From the NCBI RefSeq assembly GCF_009914755.1, contig NC_060938.1: 64,000 bases of DNA, one strand, 5' to 3'. The first letter of the stretch is position 1; every line of letters begins with the position of its first letter. The DNA is from the human T2T-CHM13v2.0 reference genome, Homo sapiens. The translations under genes were made by a program, and so were the position numbers. The notes under the pieces are model-generated. The model saw only the letters and a list, made by a program, of their open reading frames with translations, was not told the DNA's origin and made no database searches. Positions 1 to 27,840 of this stretch are shown here, piece by piece.

Positions 1-242
1 ACCCCTGTGGTCCCAGCTACTTGGGAGGATTGAGCCGGGGAGGTTTGAGGTTGCAGTGAGCCAAGATCACACCACTGCACTCCAGCCTGGGTGACAGAGT
101 AAGACCCTCTCTCAAAAAATAAATTAATAAATAATAATAATAATAAAATAAATGATAGAGTGCTCTCTCCCACCCCCAATTTAGCACATGCTAACATTTT
201 CTTCACTTGTTCTATTTGTGCTTATTTGCTTTTTATTTAAAT

Positions 243-755
243 CAATGGCTCTCAACATGATGGTGTGGGGAGTGGGGGTGCTGTGGGGGGGAGTGGGGGC
301 GGCGTGGGGGGGAGTGGGGGCGGCGTGGGGGGGAGTGGGGGCGGCGTGGGGGGGAGTGGGGGCGGCGTGGGGGGTAGTGGGGACGCTGTGGGGGTAGTGG
401 GGGCGCTGTGGGGGGGTAGTGGGGGTTGGTGTGGGGGGGAGTGGGGGCCGTGTGGGGGGGAGTGGGGGCGGTGTGGAGGGGAGTGGGGGCGGTGTGGGGG
501 GAGTGGGGGCGCTGTGGGGGGGAGTGGGGGCGGTGTGGGGGGGAGTGGGGGCGGTGTGGGGGGAGCAATTTTATTTCCCAGGGGACATTTGGCAAAGGCT
601 GGAGATACTTTTGGTTGTCACAATTTGGGGTGCTATTGGCATCTAGAGGGGAGTGGCCCGGGATGCTGCTGAACATCCTACAATGCCCAGGACTGCCCCA
701 ACCACAAAGAATTATCTGGCCTCAAATGTCAATAGTGCTGAGACTGAGAAACTCC
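243..755 (+). mobile_element. MER20 (hAT-Charlie) interrupted by the minisatellite
   Basis: caatggctctcaac...caggggacatttggcaa...ttttggttgtcacaa...aatgtcaatagtgctgagactgagaaactc follows the MER20 consensus. Confidence 0.8.
262..566 (+). repeat. G-rich minisatellite, ~21-bp unit (GGGGGGAGTGGGGGCGGTGTG), ~14 copies
   Basis: Direct tandem repeat; explains the GS/GV-rich ORFs at 188-785. Confidence 0.95.
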
Positions 756-2249
756 AATTTAAATAAAATACATAAAATATTATAGATAAAATCGAAGTCC
801 CTTTGTACCCCTCCCCAAACCTGAACACACTTCCATCCACTGTCTCCCCCAAAGCAACCACTATCATGAGTTAGTTCTAAGGACAGAGGGGTTTTGTGTA
901 TTCCAGCCAAATGGAATTCTGCAGATAAATCTACTTTTATAACTAGGGACAAAAACTCACTACATCAGCACATATTGGTATTGTACCTGATTGGTTTACC
1001 AACTAATTCAGTCCCAGGCATGACATCGCTTTCCCTTAGTGAAAAATCATCCCTATTTGCTTCTTATTTTGAAGGCGTTTTTGTATAGAAAGAATCAAAA
1101 TTCAAGTCAGGGCCCTTAAATTCAAAGACCTCAGCAATGAAATGTTGCATGGTGGTGACAGTCATTTAGACGAAGCAACATTCCTAGTGCAGTTCTCCAT
1201 CCTGCCTCATTAGAGATGCTTATGTCATGGACAGAACCTCCACAATGCAGCTTGATTGGCTTAAGCAGAAGACACAGATCTTTCCATGTTAGACTGAAAG
1301 GTGGCATCGAGGATGGAAATTCACCCCCTTATTTTTCACTATCCTCAAATGTTTAGCTAACGGATTCATCAGAACTAGTGAGAGCATAATGTCTTTCAAC
1401 ATCTCTCAGGAGTATCAAGCAGCTGATTGCAACTTTTCACATTCCCTCAGCATATGGGCTGTATAATCTACAGGGGATTCTGCAGAATATGCTGATAATG
1501 GTTTCCTCCTTGACCTTCAAGCTAATTATCAGCAGGGAATCTTTAATGCTTTAAAAATACATGTCGCTTATTTTGCTTGCAAGTCAGTGGTTTAATAAAT
1601 GCCAGCGTGTATGTTAAATTTTGTTAATGTTTAATATCTTTATCAGCCAAAGTGCATTAAAAATTAAAGGAAAATTAATTCCCACTTTCCCGTTTTTATG
1701 CTGTGGGGTAATGTTATTTTACATCGTGCTGTAGTGTTCTACAAATGGATGTTCAGTGCTTTGAATTAGTGAACTTGGTGATTTATTTACCACCTTGGGT
1801 GTTAGTCGTTACTTTTTCAATTACTGTAAACTTTATGCATCACAGCATGAGACTCTGAGAAAGCAGATAAACAGTGCTGGGGAGATTTTCTTTTAAATGG
1901 GATCACGTAATAAAGACAAAAGACTAAATTAGTATCTCTCATGTGCCAGCCAGCAACATTGGTTTCCATGTTTGTGAGCTTGTGAATAACCTTCCAGAAG
2001 TGAACCTTTCACAACCAGAATGCATGGGAAATCCTGGTCTTCTGCCTTTGAGTCACTGTACAAGTCATAGCAAGCCATCCTTATCCACACAGCTCAAAAG
2101 CAAGAATCTCTAGGATCCAGTGTATTAGCAAGAGGAAGCTGAGATTTTGACAGGACTGACATTGTGTCATATCATCCTACAAACCTTTCAAAGTGCCAGC
2201 AGTGATTGCTATGCTATGCACCAATACCTCAATGTGTCCATGCATTTGA

Positions 2250-2575
<326 letters not shown>

Positions 2576-3199
2576 CTCCTATTTATTTTATATAGCCCTG
2601 ACAAGATTCCTAGCACTGTCCTGGGCTCTAGGGGTTGAGAGCATATAACACCGAGATGACATGCCCCTGGGGGAGGTTTTAATCTCCTGGAAACCCTGTG
2701 TCATTACCAGGAGGGGCATGCCACTGGAACATGGTCCCTGCTGTAAAACTCACAGGGAGGTGAGGCTGAGGCAAAGAAAGGTTAGAGGAGGCCTCATTGG
2801 GCTGCTTCCAGAATCACTACTAGAGCAGTGGGGAGCGAGGAGGAGCCGTTGGCAAGGTGACAGAAGCCGCAAATGGGCTCAGTGGGAGTCCAAATTCAGC
2901 ACCTGCAAGCCCTGCTGGCCTGACTGTGGTAAACACACAGCCACAGGGATTCCAAGTAGTCCCTGGACTGAAGGTTTCTTCCAGTCTGTTCAGCCCACTC
3001 TGCCTGGTGGTCCTAGACCTACAGGTATTTAAAATGTGCCAATAAAAAACAAAAGGAAAAAAATGTGCCACTTGAAAGGAAAGTGTTTCAGGACAGGTGT
3101 GGCGACTCATACCTTTAATCCCAGTGATTAGAGAGGCAAACCCAGCATTTTAGCTTGAGCCCAGGGGTTCAAGACCAGCCTGGGCAACATAACCCACTT

Positions 3200-3505
<306 letters not shown>

Positions 3506-3822
3506 TTTTTTTTTTTAATAAGGGGAAAAAATTTATTAGGTCCAGAAATCAAAGATGACTTAGGGTAGAATTATGATTACATGCAGAATTGGATGGTTAG
3601 AAATGAAACCAATCTATTTAAGTCCAGCCTAAGGTTCTGATAGCCAATCAGTAGACACAATGAGAGTAGTAGTATTCCTAGAAACCCGGATAAATCTCCA
3701 ACTTGCGTGAGTTTAATGAACCAGGTAGATTATTGTATATCTGCCCTTATCCCATTCTCAGTCAGATGAATTTTCTTGCTCATGAAGTCCACATTGAAAA
3801 CAGCATGCCCAGAAATGGGAGT
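3506..3822 (-). pseudogene. LARS1 (leucyl-tRNA synthetase) 3'-terminal processed fragment
   Basis: Minus strand reads [28 protein letters not shown]/-TIIYLVH* (stop 3713-3715), matching the LARS1 C-terminus as I recall it, with a ~7-nt frameshifting deletion. Followed by a 3' UTR, AATAAA (3532-3537) and polyA. Confidence 0.8.
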
Positions 3823-4114
3823 GAAACCCCCTTCTCTACAAAGAATTTAAAAGTCCCAACTACTCAGGAGGCTGAGGTGGGAGGATGGCTTGAGCCTGGG
3901 AGTTTGAGGCTTGAGCTCCTTCCCTGCGTCCTCCTTGACTTAAACCTCTCCCTTTGATGAGGCCTGTGTAAGATCCTCCAGGAACTCCTCACTCAGGACA
4001 GGTTCCCACCCAGCTGACCCTGGTTCCTCCAGCTGAGCAGAACCAAGGCAGGTTTGGATCATTTGCTTTTTTGGGGCCAAGGAGAAAAATCTTTGGCTTC
4101 AAGTCTTACTGTTG

Positions 4115-5215
<1,101 letters not shown>

Positions 5216-6024
5216 TCCAGTTTTTGCAAGTTCTGGAGAGTGACAGTCTTTTAGGCCTATTATGCCATAACCATCCTAATGGGTTCCAAAGGCTATGTAG
5301 CCCTTGGGAAGTAAAGATTGCTTTTGGCCTCTGAAACTGACACAGAAAGTTATTTTAGCAAATAAACCTCTCTGCCCAGAAATACCAAAATAATGCATTC
5401 TAACGTGTCTGCTTTCCGGGTTCTTCAGATAAGTGTAGGTTATAGTGAACAGAGGGTGTAGGTTCTGAGAGTCATGACTAGCATTCATATCTGGGGTTCA
5501 TATGGCATGGTCAGTCCCAGCCTGGACCCATGCAGTGTTCTACGTGGCCTGTCCAAGGACCACCAGACCACCAGACCCTTCGGGAAGGTGGCAACGGCCT
5601 GGGAGGGAGACTGAGGGAAGATTCAGAGAGACCTCCCATCTCAGTGTCTGGAATAGGTGTGTCACTTTGCTCCCAGTCAGAACTGATGAATTCCCCAAAT
5701 CCAAATGTCAGAGTTATGATTTCTTGAACAAGGTGGACGACAGCCCCAGATATTTTGGAAACTAACCATATTGTTTTCCCTTACCTCTCTTAGGAGAGCA
5801 GTTACCAAAGAGTTCCCATCTGAGTACAGGTTACAGGGTCAATAGACACTGATGCTCCAGCTGTCAAGGGAGTGATTTAGGCAGAGAATCTAGAACAGCA
5901 AAGAGACGTGCTATTTCGACTTCGACTCACACTGCCTCCATGCAGCAAAGAGGTTCTGGAAAGTGATTTTGAAAAGTTCAGAGATCTTGACATGTCTGTT
6001 CATCTTCAGCTTATTATAACTATA

Positions 6025-6339
<315 letters not shown>

Positions 6340-6967
6340 TAACTATAATTTTAAATTATCTGCTTCTATTCTGATCTTGACTCTTACAACTGAATTTGTA
6401 AGCTTTATAATGAATATTAGTGGAATAATTTACTTAGGAATTCACCTGGTGTCTATTTTTTTGTATGGTTTTAATGACAGTGATCCCAAACTCTTCTATG
6501 AATATTACCTGCACAAATATTGCCCCTATTATTTATTTTGGAAAATACTTGACTGCTTTCTGCTTTTGTGTTAATTCAGAGAGCTCATTCATTCTCAAAA
6601 TGGAAACTGCGATTTAACCAAATGACTCAGATCTCTGCCCCCCGCCCCCCAACATGCTGCCAAAAGCACAGCTCCCGTCACACGTCCTGTTGCATGAAAA
6701 TAAACTTGTTAAATTCTTTCCCAAACTACTTCCTCTTCCAAGTTTCCCTATTGATTTCCATCAGTTGCCCTGTGCAAATATACCTCTTTCCTTTGGGGAT
6801 CTCAAATTCATTTATTTTCTTACCCACCAGGACTCATGAACCTCCCCAAATTACTTAGTACACGTATGCATATTTTTCTGGGGAGAAGACCCATCGCTTT
6901 CATGCTATTCTCAAGGAGCTCGTGGCTCTCTCCTCCTCCAAAAGGATCAAAATGATCTGCCATTTTA

Positions 6968-7634
<667 letters not shown>

Positions 7635-8304
7635 CTAGGTCACTCCCATCTCCTCCTTCCAGCCCATTCGGGACGGGACGAGGACGCAACACCACTGCTT
7701 CAATCAATGGAATACAGAGGCTAGCCACTCCCACTCCTGTCTGTCTGAAACGTCTGCAGGAGTCTAAAGCCATACCATCCTGAACATGCCCAATCTCATC
7801 TGAAAGGTTTGCAGGAGTCAGGCCAGTCTACTCACCTTGGCGCCACCATTTCACCTCTATTCCTAATTCGTTTGCTGTTTTCTTCCCGAGAACCCCTCCC
7901 ATACCCACTTCCCCACACCTATCCACACTTCAAGGCCCAGCCAAAGATGCTTCACAGACCAAGAGCAGCCCAGAGAGAGTTTAGTTTCAGACGACAGAAT
8001 AACTGAGTGGGCATGTGGCTCCAGAGTATAAATATTTGGAAATGTTAATATGATATATATCATAATACATAATAATATTATTATAATAAATGTTAATATA
8101 TATTAAACATTCGGAAATATCTGCACAGAGCTTAAACCCTTGTAAAAAGATGAGCTCTCCAAGGTAAATAAAAGCAGAAAGCAGTCAAGTGCTTATTCTC
8201 AATTTCTACCGCACTTAGGCGCCTAGCCCAGTGCTTAGGAGAGAGTAGCACTTGACATTTACAGAATAAATGTGGAATGTTATATTTAAAATAAAACATA
8301 TGGA

Positions 8305-9373
<1,069 letters not shown>

Positions 9374-9883
9374 TCAAAAAAATAGCAAGACCTCAACTCT
9401 AAAAAATAAAATAAAACCCCTTCCTATCTAAAGGGGATTGGGAGTTTCACATGGTCAAAATTTGCCAGCAAAATGTGTCGAACAAAGTACTTTGTAAAAA
9501 GTAGATGAATTATTGCCCTAGTCCTTGCATTCAGAATGGTTTTTACAAAAGCATGGTAGTTGTTAAGCAACTGAAAGCAGTGCATTACATGTCAAATGAC
9601 ATCTTTAATAGGTGTATAGTAAATATACACCTTTCTAGCAACATTTGTCATAGATATGATTACAAAGTCAATTTAAAGTGGAGGGAAAGAAAATACACTT
9701 TGAATTAATAATTAATAAATAGTCATCTCAGGCATTTATTAATTACTATTACAAATGTAACTAACCCCAGGCATAATTATTTAGGAGAGAATTCAGGTCT
9801 TCTCAGAACGCATTCTAAACTGATATTGTTGGTCTCTAAGGAGTAAATGTGTTCACAGCTAAGTTAGGTGTTCAATATTATGA

Positions 9884-10625
<742 letters not shown>

Positions 10626-10979
10626 CCAAGTTGCCTAATTAGGCGTTATTGAAATGGAAGACCAAGCAGGAAGCTGGTGGCTCAGAAGATGGGGCTTGTT
10701 CTTCATGTCCACGGTGCTCACTAGTAGAAGGTTCGGGCAAGTGCTTATCTTCATTGGAAGAGGATGATGGCTAATATCAAGACCAGAAAAGTTCAGTCAC
10801 TTGCATAGGTCCCAGCCTCCAGGCACATAGCAATGTTAGACCAGACCTCCACCTGACAATCTATGCCTTCCCCAATCTGCAGTGGTTCTGTATCTCTAAG
10901 TTTCCTTCCGGACTTAAGCAGGCCCCTTTGAGCCTCCACACACAGAAGGCCTGCTAAAAACCTTTCCACTAAGCTCCTA

Positions 10980-11357
<378 letters not shown>

Positions 11358-11649
11358 TCAGACCGCACGGCGCAGCTGCGCCCCAAGCCCACAGGAGAAT
11401 TTCAAAACAGGAGAGCTCACAACAGCCACTGCCCCTGTGTACAATGTTACGGGAGATGACAAGGAGGTCTGGAAAATCTGAGATCTGAGCCACAGACCAG
11501 GCAGCTGGCTCATAGCCTGGCTCCTCCCAGTCCGGGGTAGGCTTCCCAGGATCCCAGTCCTTCCAGCTACTGGTGACGGTGGAAACACCACACAAAAGAG
11601 AGCTGGCTTTTCAGGAGTTGCAAGTAGGGTCCTTTAGGATAACGGTCCC

Positions 11650-12009
11650 TAATGGTCTCTAACCTTTTTGGCACCAGGGACTTGTTTTGTGGAAGACAAT
11701 TTTTCCACGGATGGGGAGGGGAAAGGAGGAGGGGAGACTGAAGGGAAGGGATGGCTTGGGGATGAAACTGCTCCACTTCGTATCAGGCATTGGATTCTCA
11801 TAAGGAGCCTGCAACCTAGATCCCTGGCATGCGCAGTTCCCAAAAGGGTTTGTGCTCCTTTGAGAATCAATGCCGCTACTGATTGGACAGGAGGTGGAGC
11901 TCAGGTGGTAATGCTCACCCGCCTGCCGCTCACTGGCCTGCTGTATGGCCCCGTTCCTAACAGGCCATGGACAGGTGCTGGTCCACAGCCTGGGGGTTGG
12001 GGACCCCTG
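11650..12009. mobile_element. MER1B-like hAT-Charlie element
   Basis: aacctttttggcaccaggga...gaagacaatttttccacgga...ttctcataaggagc...ggttggggacccctg. Confidence 0.8.
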
Positions 12010-13043
12010 CTTTAGGAGTTCTGAACACCTGAGTTTTTTAGTATTACTGGAAAGATATGACGCCAATGCATTAGATTTTTTTCCTTATACAAATTGATCC
12101 TCCACCCTTGCCAGACCCTTCCTATTCATTTCCTTTGGAAACAGTCTACCTTATTGCCCCTACACTGTTACCCAGTTTTGTACTCAGGGATTCCAGTCTA
12201 CTAGACCCCTTTGTCAAGCTCAGTGAGCACTGGCAAAGAATGGAAGGAAAGGGCCAGAGCTTCAGAGGTTTTATGATGTAACCAGTGGCCAAGGTCTGGG
12301 ACGTGAAACTTGCCTGGGGTACCCATGACTTCAGGAAAGGCTTGAAGGTGGCTTGGCAGAGCACTCACCTCCATGCCGGTATGGCTCAGGACAGCCCTTC
12401 TGCTGATGAGCTCTGGGGAGGCCCTGTCCTTCCCTGCTCCCTCACCCTTTCATCCTTCCTCACTGATGTAGGCAGATGGCCCAATTCGTCAGCAACCAAG
12501 GCAGAGACAATGGGCTGAGCTGACTCATTTAGGAACAGTAATTCTTCCCAAAGAAGATTCCCCATTCATTTAGACACTGAAGCAATTATTTGCGGGCTGA
12601 CACTTGTAATTACTTTTTACTGCAGGTAGGTAACTGTTCCAAGCTAATAGGATTACTGGTTTCTGAAGGACTTTTGGAACAAGCAATTTTCAAATAGTCA
12701 GCACAGCATGTTCAATGAACTTTCCACCCAGGGCAAATTCCTTCCTCTGTGGCTCCTCATGACAGGCAAGGTGTGGATTCCTGGATAGGGGGCACTTTGG
12801 AACTGCAGGGGCATTTTTCTTCCACGCTCCTTTGTTTGTAAATGGGACCAGAGCAAATTATGCCTGGTGATATTTCATGGGCTTGCAGGTAATTATTCTA
12901 AAATTTTCAACTGTTCTGAAAGTTGGCATTAAATTATATCAACCAATCAATCTTCTTAGCAATAGCAGGGAAAATCATTTTCCCAGTTATGGTATCTCAT
13001 GGTTACGCCTCCCTCTATATTACGCATTTCTGAGGGGAAGTTA

Positions 13044-13840
<797 letters not shown>

Positions 13841-14589
13841 TTAGTCAACATTTCTAACAAGATGATCAACTGTTGTAGACCGTAAATAATGATTTTGCAA
13901 CAAGGTTCTCTATTTGATAAGAAAAAGTCCATTTGAATGCTTGTCAATATTTGACCCTATCAACTGGTTTGACATTTAGCAGTTTAAAAAGCACATCCAC
14001 AGTCTGTTGGAATGACAGTTTCTCTTACTGAGAAGGTATTTGGTTGTTGTTGTTGTTATTCTTGCTTACTCAAACATTCCCAACTGCTCCACTGTCCATC
14101 CGCTAGTTAGACAAACTCTGAGGGGGTCATAACCATTCTCTTTGTTTGCAGGAACCACCCTGCCACCTGCCCTGAAGAGCCTGCAAAATGCAAAATTATA
14201 TGGCCAGGAGAAGATTGGGAGAATTTAATCCTTGCACCTCAAGAAGGAACAGTTCTGCTTTTAAGTAGAAGAGGACAGTGAGTAGCTGAGAATCCAGGGA
14301 GCGTGAACCATGTAGACTGCTGATTTGGAGAGTAGTTTTTAGACTTCTAGACATAGTCGATGCCTAGAACTTGTAAAGAAATTCTATTATCAGTAATATG
14401 TACTCTCGATTTGGTTTGCTGATATGCAAACTCATTCAAGTCTGGGATCTGCAGAGAAGGAATTGTAATCCCACAACAAATGTCATTTGCAGCCCTTAGA
14501 AATAAAAAAACCTCATGTATTGTTAGGAAAATTGAGAGTATGCTACAGAGCAATCTCCAAAGCCTGAAAAATGCTTAGCTGAAAATCTG

Positions 14590-15815
<1,226 letters not shown>

Positions 15816-16652
15816 TCTTATGTATGTATTAGAATTCTTCATATATATGTATATAGGATGTTACGCAGATCTGACATATATTCCGCAAATATATTCTCAC
15901 AGATTGTTTTGCATCATAAGTTTTTGCTTAAGTTGGAATTTATTGTCATGTGAAAGTTTTTGCAAATTCCTTTTAGTCAAACCAGCTTATTTTATTGTTT
16001 CTGCTTTTGGTGTCATGTTTAGAAAAGTCAAGGCCATCCCTAGAATATATAAATATTCATCAAAATTTTCTTCTAGTTCATTCTAGTTTCAATTCATACA
16101 TTTAAATCTTTAATTAATCTGAAATTTTATGCTGATGTATGATGTAAAATAGAAATCAAACTTTTTTTTTTTTCTAAACACAAGCTGGCCAATTGTTTCA
16201 ACTTATATTGTCAGGTAGAGACTTGGAAGACGTTAATTTCCACTAAAGCGAACTAAGATTCCAACATGTGCTGTATCCTCCTTCAAAGCCCAGAATCTTA
16301 GCTACCTGCTTTCTAGAGCACTATCTGTGCTCCTGGGCATCCAGGAAGAGGTGTCAGCAGCTCCTCCTAAGACACGTCTGCTTTTGCCACATTTCCAGAC
16401 TTTCTTGGATCTCTGACCGAATGGATTCTGGCAGTAGTCATTGTCATGGTGCCCACTCAGTACCCAGCCCCTGGTCAGCTCCCTCGTCAGAAGCTTGGAA
16501 GATTTGTCAAAGCAGAACAGGGAGTTCCAGGGAAGCACAGGTTGGGGAAGTAGTGGAGGTAGAAGGGATGCCACAGATCTTTTCCCCAAAAAATCGAATA
16601 CATATGCCTAGGATACCACTTCTGTGAACGTAACCTAAAGAAATACTTTCCC

Positions 16653-19117
<2,465 letters not shown>

Positions 19118-19118
<1 letters not shown>

Positions 19119-19190
19119 GAAGAAGAAGAGGAAGAAGAAGAGGAGGAGGAGGAAGAAGAAGAAGATGAGGACGAGGAGGAGGAAGAGGCG
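19118..19190 (+). repeat. (GAA/GAG)n purine-rich microsatellite derived from an Alu tail
   Basis: gaagaagaagaggaagaagaagaggaggagg... Confidence 0.9.
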
Positions 19191-19324
19191 GAATGCCTTG
19201 AAGTGACTGAAAATTACAAAGTTTTTTTTTGTTTGTTTGTTTTTCTTTTTGTTTTTCTTTTAAAGTGGGAATGATCACCTATTTTGACACTTTGGCATGT
19301 CTCATGATTTACTCATCAGATTAG

Positions 19325-19664
19325 TCTTCATCTGTTTGGGCTGTTATAACACAATACCATAGACTGGGTGGCTTATAAACAACTGAAGTTCATTTCCCAC
19401 AGTTCTGGAGGCGGGGAAGTCCAAGATCAAGGTGTCAGCATGTTCTGTGTCTAGTGAGGGCTCGTTTCCTGGTTCGTAGACAGCTATCTTCTGGCTGTGT
19501 CCTCACATAGCAGAAGGGGTGAAGGAGCTTTCCAGGGTCTCTAATGCCATCCAACCCTCATGACCTAATCCCTGTCCAAGGTCCCACCTCCTAATACCAT
19601 CACACCGGGGCATTAGGATTTCAACACATGCATTTTGAGGGGACACGAACATTAAGTCTATAGC
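19325..19664 (-). mobile_element. MLT1A-like MaLR solo LTR
   Basis: ataccatagactgggtggcttataaacaac...agttctggaggc...gtccaagatcaagg...gtctatagca. Confidence 0.8.
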
Positions 19665-20657
19665 AATTACCAGAACTGACTTACTAAAGACCTGACCTTT
19701 GGATCCTCCTATATTCGCAGCAGCTGCCAGATTAGACTCTAACAAACAGGGAAGTAAGAAGCCCCCTGTCCCAGCCTGCAGCATCAACCCAGTTCTAAGG
19801 CCCATTTGAGGCAGGAGGAGTGGGGGTCTCCCATCTAACACACTGGAAGCCTACTTTGCTTTGTCACACTGGAAAGCCAGGAGGGCAAGACGGTGGGCAC
19901 AGTGATCCCCTACCTGTCAAGTGCCAGAGAGAGAGCACTCAAGTGACCCTGCTCCTCAGATGTTGACTTGTTGAGGGCAGAAGCACACAGGAGGTGGGAG
20001 GGAAGCAGAGAAGCAGTGGATCCTGAGGAAAACACTGCCAGCACCATCTTTAACAAATCCTCTCCTTGCAAATTTATTTCCCACTTCCTTTGTCTCTTTA
20101 ACTCAGCTCAAACTTTCTCAGGGAATGTGTCCTGGACCCCCTGGCTGGGCCCAGGTGGTTAGATACACACAGCGCTGTTTCTCCTTCATAACATTTACCA
20201 CAGTTATGACTTGACATTGCTGCATATAATTATTTGACAATATCAGAATCTCTCATGAGACTACAAACAGCAGGAACTGTGCCTTTCTTTAGCTCATCTT
20301 GGCATTCCTGTGCCTAGCCTAGTGCATGGCACATACTGGAGCTCTATAAATAGTTGCTGAATAAACGAAGGAGAGAGAGCAGTAGGAGGAGGCATCTTGG
20401 AGATGAGACTGGAGGCTAAGACCTTAAAAGAAGGCAGGATAAAAGAGAGTTTAACCTGATATAATTTCCAGAAGGGCCCTAGAATACATTTGCTGCCAGA
20501 TGAATCTATCATTCCATAACTAGAAAAGTTTGAAATGTACATACTCCTGAGAGAGGTAAGACATTAACCTAAATTTGCATTTGCATATTAATAACACTTC
20601 CTTTCCAGAAAGCTTGCAGAGAGGTTATGCTGTGGAGAATACAAAATCAATACCCTG

Positions 20658-25190
<4,533 letters not shown>

Positions 25191-27379
25191 TATTTACAGT
25201 ATTTTTAAAGTTACAGCTTTGAAAGAGTTGAAAAGTGTTTTCACTACTTAACTCTACCCATGCTCATTGTGAACAGAAGTTCTGTGTTTTGGATCCTCTA
25301 CGTGACAGAAGATAAATACTAAGTGCATCAGCGGGGGCGGGCGGGGGGTGGGGTGGAAGAAGTGAATTCCATAAATGCTCACCCTAATGTTTTCTGCAAC
25401 AGAAAATCATCTATTCTCATCTTCTTTCAGTTATATAAAAAGAAGAAAGGAAGACTGTTTCACAGTCGTGGATGAGTAGCTGATCACAGCTTTCATAAAA
25501 TATGCATGCCAGCACTTCCGCACAATTATCTCGAAGAACCAGTCTCTTGTTCCAAACATTTCAACAGCAAAAGACCTACCTGTAGCCAGCTATTTAGAAA
25601 GTGAAGTGTTGCCTAGAAAATAATTATTGAAATCAATAAACAATTAAAATTGGGGGTGGGGAAGTTCTTAGATTTACCTGATTTTTTTCCTACAGATTTA
25701 AAGTTAAGAATTATCAAAGAAAATAAATTTCAAACTACTGTATAAACTCCTGTGGATACAAGCTACATGTACATAAGCAGGTATTCTCTTAATTTGTGTC
25801 AAAATTATCTCCTGACACTATCAGACATACCACCCTTTCTAGTAGTACCATTCAGGATCCATAAGATGGCAGGCCTAGATTTCACAGTAGTAATTATAAG
25901 TGTATACACACTGATTGCTTTGAAAAAAAAAATACATCATATTATCAGCAGCTTGTGGCTGGTAACAATCTTAGGGGCATCTATCAAATTAAATTTGTAA
26001 ATTGAAAAACATAGCAACTATTACCAGGTTAATGCATGCTATTAATTCATATTGAATCACAAAATATTATTGCCAGAAGAAAATTAACATCATCTACTTT
26101 AGTCCTGCCTATTTCTATGTAAAGAAACCAGAGTGCAGGTACCAGAGCTTTGCCCAAGATCACATGACAAAGTGAGTAGCAGAGAGAGGACCAGAATCCT
26201 GGTCTCCTTCCTCCCAATCTGTATCAGTCCTATTGTTCCCAGTATTTCTTCAACTCCTCATGGTGGCATCAAAGTCCAAATGACTGCTCTGCTGTCGAGC
26301 CCTATCCTTGCAGTTTGCCACAGATTGCTGTTTCCTTGTCAAAGAGTCACTCATGAGTCACCACTAGGACAAGGATCTGGACTCCACATGGAAGCATGGA
26401 ATTCCACAACTCTCTTCATAAACCAGTTGTGTGCATCTCAAACTGGGTGTGATGATGTGTGGGGTACTTGAAGTCACAGGATAAATAAGTACTATCTCCT
26501 TTGATGATTTTGGTGGTGGTGGGGGGCAACATCTTTTTAATTAGAAGGAACATAAAATGTGTATGAATGTCAAACATGAAATGCATAAAGGTTCAAAGTA
26601 ATGTGTAGCTTTATGTAGGCTAGATCAGGCCACTGTGCAGGCCTGCAGCAGTACAGCTCTTCAGTCCTCTGTGCTATCAGGGACACTGTGGTGGAAAGCT
26701 TAGAGAAGTATCTCATTAAGAGGCTCCCTCCTTCAGTACATAACCTGGAGCACACCTTGTCTTCCATGATGTATAGAATAAGCTCACCTTACACTTGTGT
26801 CTTGGAAAAATTGACACACTGCTATCCAAATACTATGTGGGTAGTCCTAAGGCATATTTAACTTCTATATGACAAGCATTACATTATAAACATTAAGATA
26901 TTCACCAAATATCAACTATTATATATGATAAACATGTAACAGAGGTCACTGCTGGGCAGAATTCTTAGACAAACCCAACACAGTGGATGGAATTAATAAA
27001 AATAAGCCAAACTACAACTTTTTGTAAGCATTATGCTACAGAGAAATGTACAGAGATCCAAGAAGCAGGAGAGCTGGAGGATTTTTTATCACTCATCTAA
27101 TGTGTCTTACTCTATTTTCTCCTATTTACTCATCTATAAAAAGGAGATTGGATTGGGTTAGAACAGGGGAAAAATTTAGAATTCTAAGTTGTTTTTTGCT
27201 CACCCTTTGCTCTAGCATTTCCTTGGGCATAATTTTTTAAGTGAATGTAACATAAGATAATTAGCACCTAAGCATTTGCCTGTGCATTTTGACAGTGATT
27301 AATTCAGTTTCTCGGAATATACTCACCTCCTTAAAAATTCTCGGTATATTGATTGGCTAGAAATCAGTAAATTAGTTAA

Positions 27380-27840
27380 TGTCATGAAAAACAAAGAAAG
27401 ACTGGGAAACAATTTCAGATTAAATGAGACTAGAGAAAGGACGTCTGAATGCAATACATGATCCAGGATTTCATTTTGCTATGAAGAACGTTATTGCCAT
27501 TATCGACAACTGGCAAAATTCAAATGACCACTATAGAACAGGCAATATTAGACAATGGCGTTGTATCCATTTCCTGATTTTGATAATTGTACTATGGCTA
27601 TGTAAAAGAATGACCTTGTTTCTGGAATTACACACTGACACATTTAGGGACAAAGGAGCATCATGTCCACCGAGAGAGAGAGACAGAGAGAGAGAGAGCG
27701 CAAGCCTAGATGCCAGTGTGGTAAATGTTAAATCTGGGAAATATGAGTGAAAAGTACATAGGTATTCTTTGTACTATTCTTGTAAATTTTCTGTAAGACT
27801 GAAATTATATTAAAATAAAAAATTAAAAGAAAAAATCTTA
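27380..27840 (+). mobile_element. Old L1M (L1MC-like) 3' fragment
   Basis: tttcctgattttgataattgtact...gtattctttgtactattcttgtaaattttctgtaag...taaaataaaaa. Confidence 0.55.

Noticed and set aside
188-785. Gly/Ser/Val- and Pro/His-rich ORFs
   Set aside because: Translations of the G-rich minisatellite.
1100-2100. Repeat-poor stretches (also ~9400-9960 and ~12540-13030) that might be conserved non-coding elements or decayed exons
   Set aside because: No recognisable translation or motif; needs phyloP or TBLASTX to judge.
8040-8110. AT-rich quasi-palindrome
   Set aside because: Expected in low-complexity AT DNA.
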